From Hyaloraphidium curvatum SAG 235-1 (lineage: Eukaryota > Fungi > Monoblepharomycota): a stretch of 64,000 nt of DNA. Location of the stretch: assembly GCA_025558095.1 (NCBI GenBank), contig JAIVFI010000006.1, positions 248,001 to 312,000 on the forward strand, written 5' to 3'. The notes below the pieces were generated by a model. That model searched no databases. It was not told where the DNA came from and was given only the letters and a program-made list of their open reading frames with translations. Shown here in pieces: positions 56,820 to 64,000 of the stretch (positions within the stretch are counted from its first letter, which is position 1; each line of letters starts with the position of its first letter). Position numbers and translations under genes: made by a program.

Positions 56820-57717
56820 ATGCCCGGCAACCCCGGCAGCTGGTGGGCGTGCGACGCCTACATTGACTTCCGCGACCGCGAGCTCGCCTGGCTCCGCTCG
56901 CTGTCCCCGGACGCGCTCGCCCGCCTGGCCACCAAAGACGGCGAGTTCGAACCCCACACCATGCTCACATCGGGCGAGGTCGGCCTGCTGCTAGCCGGCG
57001 TCAAACCAGCGGTGCTCTTTGCCTGCTTCTCCTGGCCGCACGACGGATCCGGCCGGGGGTCGTACTCGGGCCACCTGGCCCAGGCGGTCTTAGCACCCTG
57101 GTTCGAACAGTGGGACCTCGAGGCGCGAGGGTTCCGGTACCGCCAAATCACGGGTGCCTGCACGGTGCCCGAGATAAAAAAACTACGGGTTCGCCGAGGA
57201 GGTCGTGCTCCACAACGGACGGCACCCGCGCGCCGGCGCCGTCCGCGCGGCGTTTGCCTCGGACAGGGCGGTCGTGCCCTGGGCAGAGATCGGCAAGGCG
57301 CTGGGGTATCCGTCCGCTGCGCTCGGCCACGACAACGCAAGGATCAGGTACCTCGCCAAGGACCCCTCGCCGTTCGGCCCGATGGCCGAGGAGGACGAGA
57401 ATGGCGCGGTGATGCTCGAATACGACGCGGACTCGTGGGACGCCGAGGCCGTCGGGAAGCACTTCCGCACGTGTGCCGATGCTGTGCATCCCTTGGGTCT
57501 GGAGCTCGTGCTGGACGCCAGGGAGTGCGGGAGCTGGGAGCTCGAAGACGTGCAGGAGCTGGAGCCGGCAGCGGCGGCCCCGCCGGCCAGTAGGGGCAAG
57601 GCTGCGGGGCGGGAGTACGATGTGCTCGTGCCGGACGAAGAGAACTACGAGGAGGAGGGCACGGGGGACGAGATGGAGGGGGAAACGGAGGAGGACCACG
57701 ACGAGGACATTTACTGA
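56820..57717 (+). CDS. hypothetical protein with an acidic tail; apparent frameshift at an A7 run (57176-57182)
   Basis: SGEVGLLLAGVKPAVLF in the first frame; IGKALGYP...MLEYDA in ORF 57205..57717; the frames join if one A is removed. Confidence 0.6.
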
Positions 57718-57812
57718 AGGGTGCATCATGAGCTGGATTACGACAAAGCAACGGCATTACATTACGGAAACATACGACAACACATTTGACACATTTGTTA
57801 TCTGAGTCCGGG

Positions 57813-58868
57813 CTAGAAGAAATACTGAACCGTGAAGGCGCTGTCCGCCGGCGCCCCCGCCAGCGTGAAGCACCGCACCACCGCCTCCCCGCTGAACCAT
57901 ATCTCGACCTGGCACCTCGCGCTCCCCGTCCCGTACGCCGACACCTGCACGTGCCCCCCCCTGAGCGCCCCGATCCCCAGCCCGTGGATGAACCGGTACC
58001 TCCCCCTCGCCGTGCGCACGATCGTGCTGTTGCGCGTCCTCGCGACGCTGTTCCACTGGTACGCAGCGGGCGGGGTGTACCGCGCCGTCGAGGGCATGCT
58101 TGCGAATGCGTAGGCGGTGTGGGCGAGGTTGAGCCCGATGATGGTCTGCCTGTCGGCGAACTGCAGCGAAAAGGCCGTGTCGGCGGGCAATCCCCTGTTG
58201 TCCAGGCACAGGATGGTGATCCGCACGGGGGCGCCGGACCACCCGCGCACGCTGCACGCGACCGTGTTGTTGCCCACCGCCGTGACCTTGGCGGTGCCCC
58301 CGGTCCCGGGGATGCCGGGCATCCTGACCTCGTAGTTCCCCCGCGAGCTGCGGAGCACCGAGGCGCGCCCGTTGCCGGTGGTGAACTGCTGCACCGCCGC
58401 GGGGGAGTAGAGCACCGACGCCGCGCGGTCCGAAAAGACGGTGCCGAAGATGCCCCCGGCCCCCTGGCCGGTCGTGAACATCACCGTGAACTGCGAGTCG
58501 GCCGGCGCGCCGGTCGGGAGGTAGCACCGCACGCGGGCGACCATGTCGACTCCGCTTCGCGCCCACGAGACGGGCTTGCAGGTGCGTGGGTCGGGGCCGT
58601 ACGCGGTGACGGCGACGGCGCCGGTGTACACGCCGAAGCCGAGGGAGCCGAAGCGGACGTTGTACTGGCCCCGGCCCGTGCGGAGGATGGAGTTGGCGGC
58701 CGTGGGCACGAAGTTGTAGGAGTAGTACGATACCGGCTGGTACTCGCGGGTGAGGGTTGGATACTCGGCCCACATCCAGCCCAGATAGGCGGGCGAGGGC
58801 AGCTGCGCATCGGCGGGGGCGGCAAGCGCCAGCATGGCGATCAGCAGCGCGGCAATGCCGGGGAACAT
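57813..58868 (-). CDS. secreted protein with three tandem ~100-aa beta-rich repeats, bacterial-like, intronless
   Basis: Signal peptide MFPGIAALLIAMLALAAPADA; three copies of R-x2-RG-x-Y...G...V[TS]A[YV]G...C...W...C...G-x-PAD[ST]-x-F. Confidence 0.8.
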   Translation of the reverse strand: MFPGIAALLIAMLALAAPADAQLPSPAYLGWMWAEYPTLTREYQPVSYYSYNFVPTAANSILRTGRGQYNVRFGSLGFGVYTGAVAVTAYGPDPRTCKPVSWARSGVDMVARVRCYLPTGAPADSQFTVMFTTGQGAGGIFGTVFSDRAASVLYSPAAVQQFTTGNGRASVLRSSRGNYEVRMPGIPGTGGTAKVTAVGNNTVACSVRGWSGAPVRITILCLDNRGLPADTAFSLQFADRQTIIGLNLAHTAYAFASMPSTARYTPPAAYQWNSVARTRNSTIVRTARGRYRFIHGLGIGALRGGHVQVSAYGTGSARCQVEIWFSGEAVVRCFTLAGAPADSAFTVQYFF

Positions 58869-59293
58869 CGCGGGGATGGGTATTTCAAGCGGTGCAAGCG
58901 ATCTGATCTTCGCGCTTTTAGAAGTATCACCCTTAGTCTTTCGGGTCCGACGGCACCGAGCGACTTTCGTCAGCACGGTGTCACGGTGTTCGGAAGCGGC
59001 TGGGCGGGTGGCGTGCGGCGTGGGGGATCGGCGGGCACCGCTGCGGAGCGCCCCGGCGCGAATCCCGGCCGGCGGCGGCGGATCCGATGTCGGCGGGCAA
59101 CGGCTGACTGACGCGGCAGTTGCGCCGGTCGGTCCTCCCGGATTGCCGGAAGGGAGCGGCGAGTCGGTGCACAGCGCAAAGATGATGGGCGGTTGCGCTC
59201 CGCGGGTTCCTTCCCGGCCCGGCACCTGTCACCCGCAAAACTAGACTCTGGTTCTCTAAAACTCCGGCATTGTTTCCTGGGACTCCGAACACG

Positions 59294-60443
59294 ATGGCGA
59301 CGGTCAACAAGCAGGTGCTCCTGAAGAGCGTCCCGAAAGGGATGGTCAAGACCTCGGACTTCGAGGTCGTGAGCACGCCGTTCGACCTGGCCGCGGCCGG
59401 CAACGCGTCGGGGGAACTGGTCGTCCAGAACCTGTTCTTCTCCATCGACCCGTACATGCGCGGCCGGATGAACGTCGGGGCAAAGTCCTACGCCGCCAGC
59501 TGGGCGTTGGGCGAACCGTGCCGCACCTATTCGGTCTGCAAGGTCGTCAAAAGCAACAACCCCAAGTTCGCCGTCGGCGACCACGTCTCTGGCCCGACGG
59601 GCTGGGAGGAGTACACCGTCACGACGGGGGAAGGCTTCAACCCCATCAAGGAGATCCCCGGGCAGCCGCTGTCGATCTACCTCGGCGTGCTCGGCGGCCC
59701 TGGGCTCACGGCGTTCATCGGCCTCTACAAGTACGCCGCGCCGCTCAAGGCCGGCGAGACGCTGTACGTGAACGCGGCCGCGGGGGCGGTTGGGACCGTC
59801 GTGGGCCAGATCGGAAAGGCGCTGGGGATGCGGGTCGTCGGGTCGGCCGGCAGCGACGACAAGGTGGCCCTGCTGAAGGAGATCGGGTTCGACGAGGCGT
59901 TCAACTACAAAACTCCCCCGGGGGGCTCGCTGGAGGCCGCGCTGAAGCAGGCCTGCCCCAACGGGATCGACATCTATTTTGGTGGGCTTCGAGCGAGCTC
60001 CCCTGCCATGTCTGCTGTCGCTCACGTCCGGCCGTCAGAAAACGTCGGCGGCTCGCACTTCGACACCGTTCTTCCCCTTCTCAACGAGTACGCCCGCGTG
60101 CCCGTGTGCGGCTGGATCGCCGAGTACAACACCGAGGGCAAGCTGACTCCCCTCCACAACATGGGGCCTGTGGTCATCCTGAAGAGGATTTCTATCCGGG
60201 GTTTCATCGTTTCGGACGACATTCCCGAGTACATCGGCCAGTTTATGAACGAGATGATCCCCTGGATCACGTCGGGCAAGATCAAGGTCATCGAGGACGT
60301 GCGGGGACCGATCGACATCGCGCCCGAGTATGTTCGCCGTCGTCAATGGCCCGATCCGCGACTGATCTGCCCCCAGGTACTTCGTTGGGATGTTCGCGGA
60401 GGGCGCCAACCGGGGCAAGGCGGTGGTCAAGGTGGCTCCGTGA
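59294..60443 (+). CDS. NADP-dependent alkenal/prostaglandin reductase-like oxidoreductase (MDR family), copy 2, two introns
   Basis: SIDPYMRGRM, LGVLGGPGLTA, AAAGAVG, AFNYK, PNGIDIYF|ENVGG, NRGKAVV. Confidence 0.92.
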
Positions 60444-60506
60444 TACCTCTAGCATATAGGAGAGCCTTTTTTCGATCTACATCCAAAAGAATCGAGGGAG
60501 AATCGA

Positions 60507-61342
60507 TTACTTCTTCTTGCCGCCCGACATCCACTCGGCCATGGCCGCGGCGATGCCGGGGACGGCCTTGAAGCGCTCCTGGTACGCGACGACGTTCTTG
60601 AACTCGGAGATGTCAACCTTGAGGAAGGCGGTCCACGAGAGGACGACGTTGGCGTAGTAGTCTGCGCCGGCGGCGTGTGAACTGCGGTCCGCGAAGCGTG
60701 CCGGGGCGGGCTACCCACCGCCGATCGTCGGGTCCTCGCCAGCCACGAGCCACTTCTGGGAGGCAAGCGTCTCGTCCATCCGCTTCACGATCTTCAGAAA
60801 GCGCGCCTTCTGGAAGTCCGCGACCTCGGCGGGCAGCGCGGGGTTGAAGAGGGCTCCGATGGTCTTGTGCAGATCGGTCGCGACAAGCGAGACGGCCTCA
60901 AGCGCCTTGTAGTACTCCCAGCTGCCCCTGGGGGGGAGGAGCTTGGCCTCGGGCTTGAGGTCGGCGATGTAGCTCAGCACGGCCACGTTCTCGGTGAGAA
61001 TCTTGCCGTCGACCTCGAGGGCGGGCACGGCGCCGGCGGGGTTGATGGTGTACTGGCGACCGGGGAAGGAAGGCGGAAGCAAAGAGTAGGGGCCGCGATC
61101 AGCGCGACCCAGACGTCCCATTACGGGAGCTACCCACGTAGTCGCGGCCATCAACGGTCTTGTGGGCTTTGAGGTCGACCTGCACGGTCTCGAAATCGGC
61201 ACCGACCGTCGAGAGGGCTGTTGGGTGACAGATCATCATCAGCGCACTTCAAGGAGCCAGCGACGCCCGGCAAACACCCACCCATGTACGACGCGCCGGA
61301 GCAGGAGCCGATCGAGAAGTAAAGGGTAATTTTGGGGGCCAT
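60507..61342 (-). CDS. glutathione S-transferase (beta-class-like), multi-exon
   Basis: LYFSIGSCS, VDLKAHKT, INPAGAVPAL, LTENVAVLSYIAD, ATDLHK, PTIADYY. Confidence 0.9.
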
Positions 61343-62069
61343 CGCGTTCTGGCAGGGCAATGGTCCGTGAGCGATTGCCACGGCGAGCCGAGGTCGGCGT
61401 GCGGGATTCCGCGACTCCGTCGTGCGTCGGGAGCAACGCGACGCGTCCAAATGATGACACCGCACGTCCGCGGACCGTCGGCCGGTCGGCTGCCGCGATG
61501 CATCCGGTGACGCGTCCGAACCCAGGGGTTCGCGGGCAATGCCAGGCGTCTCGCGCGCCGCTCACCTGTTGGGCGAGGTTGCTTTGGGCGAAGAAGGTAG
61601 AGGAGACGAGCGGGTGCACGACGAAGAGGATGAGGAAGAGCAGGAGCTCCGAGCTGCTGCTTTTCATAAAACTCGGTTTCGACGGGTTTCGAAAGATTTT
61701 TTGTTCCGATCCGCCTTTCCGCCCGTCGACGCGCCCCCCGATCTTCCGGACCGCTTGCTTACTAAACAGATGATGGTACAAATGTAAATCAAAAACGGCG
61801 ATTGATCGAGTGAGCTTCAGCGTCGTTCGTTGGTCGCATTGACTGGTTCGTACCCGATCGGACGATTCAACGATCGGCCGGCCGCCATTTCGCGCGAGTA
61901 TCGTAATGAGAAGTCAGAGCGTGTGATTCCCAGGTCAGAGAGTAAGCTGGTGACTTGGAAAAGCGGATCCGATCACCGAAGGGGGAGCTTGCGGCCGGAT
62001 GATGGAGCCGGCCCCATAACTCGCAAGGCCGCACTCTCAACGCCAGTCGCCCAGCTCAAACCACTCACA

Positions 62070-63639
62070 ATGCTCGGCCAATATCTCCCCTCGTGGTTCG
62101 CGGTGCCCCGCCGCGGACGTACCTACGTCTATGTACGACGCCCTGGCGGCGGCGATGCCCCGGTGTGGCTGCAGCTCTTGCTGTTTTCGCTCCTCGGGGG
62201 TCTGGGTTGCCTCCTCGTCGCGAGGATCGAGCGCTCCCTCCACGAGAAGACCCTCTTCTACCCCATCATCGAGAAGAACGTCGTCGAACTTGGTTCCGAG
62301 GCCGTGGATCCCGGGATGGCCGGCAACATGGTCCACTTGAACGCCCGGACTGTTGCCGCATCGGATCCGCCCGTAGACCCGCTGTTCCGGGTCGGCGGGT
62401 TTGACCAGAGCATCAGGCTCAGGCGGCGTGTCGAATTCTGCGAGTGGCGCGAGTTTTCAACGGAATCCTGCCGCAAGACGGGGAGCGGCGACAACGAGAG
62501 GGAGGTCTGCACGTGAGTCGCTGGTGCTCGGTTGTCAACTTCTGCTAACGCTTCGCCCCCTCAGTCGCCAGTACTACTACATCAAAGATTGGCAGTCTTC
62601 GCACGTAACCTCCATGATGTTCGACCAGCCGTTCGGGCACCAAAATCCGTCGAGGCCGGAGCTTATGCAGCTGCTTCGGGACGGCGGCGGCGATGCGCAC
62701 ACCGGCGGCGCCATCTTCGAGGCGCCGCATGTCTACGCCGCCCATACGTCCAACTCGGACCTCGTGGAACTCGACAAGCGTATCGTCTCGGCCTTCGATT
62801 GGTTCCGCAACCTCGTGAAACCGACTCCGTCTATGCTCGAGGAGTTTCGCAGCTCACCTGCATCTTCGGCCGCCCTGCCGCCCGGAGAGCAACCCTCAGA
62901 ATCCAAACCCGTGTTCCGTTACGTCGGCGGCGGCTACTTTGTCTCGTTTTACGCACCGGGGACGGGATGGAAGATCCTCCGCGGGCTCGGCATGGCGTTC
63001 GACGGCTCGTTGCTGGACTACCAAATCGCAGACTTGTTCTCAAAGTGCGAGGCCGGTGATGTGCGGGTGAGCTTCGATGTAGTCGAGGCGTCGCCGGTTT
63101 CGGTCGTCGGGAAGCTCGGGTTCGCCGAAGGAAACGCAGGCACGTCTACACCTCATCTGACCGCCATCAATCCGTCGTGGCTCCTTGCATCTCACGGCAA
63201 AAGGAGCGCAGCTCACTCGGGCGACCCAATCGTGATTGTGCGGCAGGGCCGTTACGGCGCATCGCAGTTGATCTCTGCGGACCTTCGTTTTACGCGTATC
63301 TGGTCGTACGGTTTGAGGCTCGCATTCGCCGCTGTCTGCGTCTTTAGTGCGCGGGCAACGTCGAAGGGTGGCCCTTGGATCCCGCACATAGTTGCCGCGG
63401 CGGCTTTTTCCGTCGCCGTCTTCTGGATTCTCGGCGCGGTTCATTCCGTCGCCGGCACTGGCAGCGCGGGTCAGTGGAGCGCGTGGATGCTGCTCATGGG
63501 GTCTTTGGCGTTGTGGATGTGGCGCATTGCCCCTCGGTTCGCGGAATGGCTGTGGGCTTCCTATCCTTCTTCTTGGGACGCGCCCGCAGATGTTCAGATG
63601 GAACCCATGGGGTTCACGGACGGAAAGAAGGCAGATTGA
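62070..63639 (+). CDS. TMEM43 (DUF1625)-like membrane protein, one intron near 62513-62571
   Basis: N-terminal TM, GNMVHL, DPLF, LRRRVEFCEWRE, YYYIKDW, GHQNP, GDVRVSF, C-terminal TM helices. Confidence 0.78.
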
Positions 63640-63674
63640 CTAGCCTGATGTATTTGAGGTGCAAACAGGGTGTG

Positions 63675-64000
63675 CTACAGCATTTTTTGGGCCTCCAACT
63701 CCTTCTCGAGGAGGGAAGTGCTCAGGTCGAAGAGCCGCACGAGTTCCGTCACCTCGCCCTCCGTGATCGTGAGAGGAGGACTCAGCATTACCCAGTTTCC
63801 TTGAGATGGAGTCAGCGCAACTTCACGAGCAGGTTGCGGGTCGACACGCACCGAAGATGCCGCCGGCCGTGCGCCTGACGTAGAGCAGCAGGCCATTGTC
63901 CTCTGCAATCTCCTGGAAGCGGTACAGGGGGTCGATAGCTTGTCCGAGCTCAAACATTTCCTTCGTGTCCTTGTCCTTGACGATTTCGACAGCCATCAAC
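63675..64000 (-). CDS. 3' end of a class-III PLP-dependent aminotransferase (5' part outside the window)
   Basis: LMAVEIVKDKDTKE and GNWVMLSPPLTITEGEV are typical class-III C-terminal motifs. Confidence 0.75.

Noticed and set aside
57174-57183. A-AAA-AAC-like -1 ribosomal frameshift site
   Set aside because: The downstream coding frame is +1, not -1.
61539-61790. Purine-rich stretch giving acidic (plus) or hydrophobic (minus) short ORFs
   Set aside because: Low-complexity sequence in the divergent GST/TMEM43 promoter region, with no supportable gene model.
1-64000. Numerous long overlapping Arg/Pro/Ala/Gly-rich ORFs (e.g. 1222..2799, 7087..9561, 54096..56171)
   Set aside because: Shadow ORFs caused by high GC and GC3 bias on the antisense or alternative frames of real genes; no recognisable motifs.
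1-64000. CRISPR array, rRNA, tRNA, intact transposon or prokaryotic operon/defence system
   Set aside because: No regularly spaced repeats, RNA-gene signatures, transposase/RT/integrase motifs or terminal repeats were seen, and the genes carry spliceosomal introns.

Overview
This is not prokaryotic DNA. It is a gene-dense, GC-rich eukaryotic chromosome segment with short (mostly 54-75 nt) GT-AG introns and fungal-type branch points (GCTGAC/GCTAAC). The gene set (Yvc1/TRPY-like channel, NDT80, HAC1/XBP1, CAP59/GT69, PHO89, MEP, VWA8, GCNA, TMEM43, LRR-TKL kinase) suggests an early-diverging, chytrid/monoblepharid-like fungus; this is an inference. About 37 protein-coding genes can be modelled, and most other long ORFs in the track are GC-driven shadow ORFs. 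No rRNA, tRNA, CRISPR array or intact mobile element was seen. Two observations stand out. (1) Three dispersed paralogues (1509-3050, 17471-19025, 29013-30563) of an unannotated multi-pass membrane family share an H-x3-D-x2-C-x-C-x2/4-C motif and a C-terminus patterned like TM7a/TM7b of the gustatory/odorant-receptor 7TM ion-channel superfamily, making them a candidate chemoreceptor-channel family. (2) A HAC1/XBP1-like bZIP gene carries a 44-nt Ire1-type non-spliceosomal intron (48927-48970) bounded by two CNG/CAGC 7-nt-loop hairpins; excision swaps a hydrophobic tail for an acidic-aromatic one. Also notable: several bacterial-looking genes (IMPase fused to a degenerate ADP-ribosylglycohydrolase, a cytosolic arylsulfatase with a 19-nt microexon and a GC-AG intron, a triple-repeat secreted protein), a non-RD LRR kinase, a likely Kex2-processed Cys-rich precursor, and a possibly inactive deaminase. 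All family assignments come from motif recognition by eye, not database searches.
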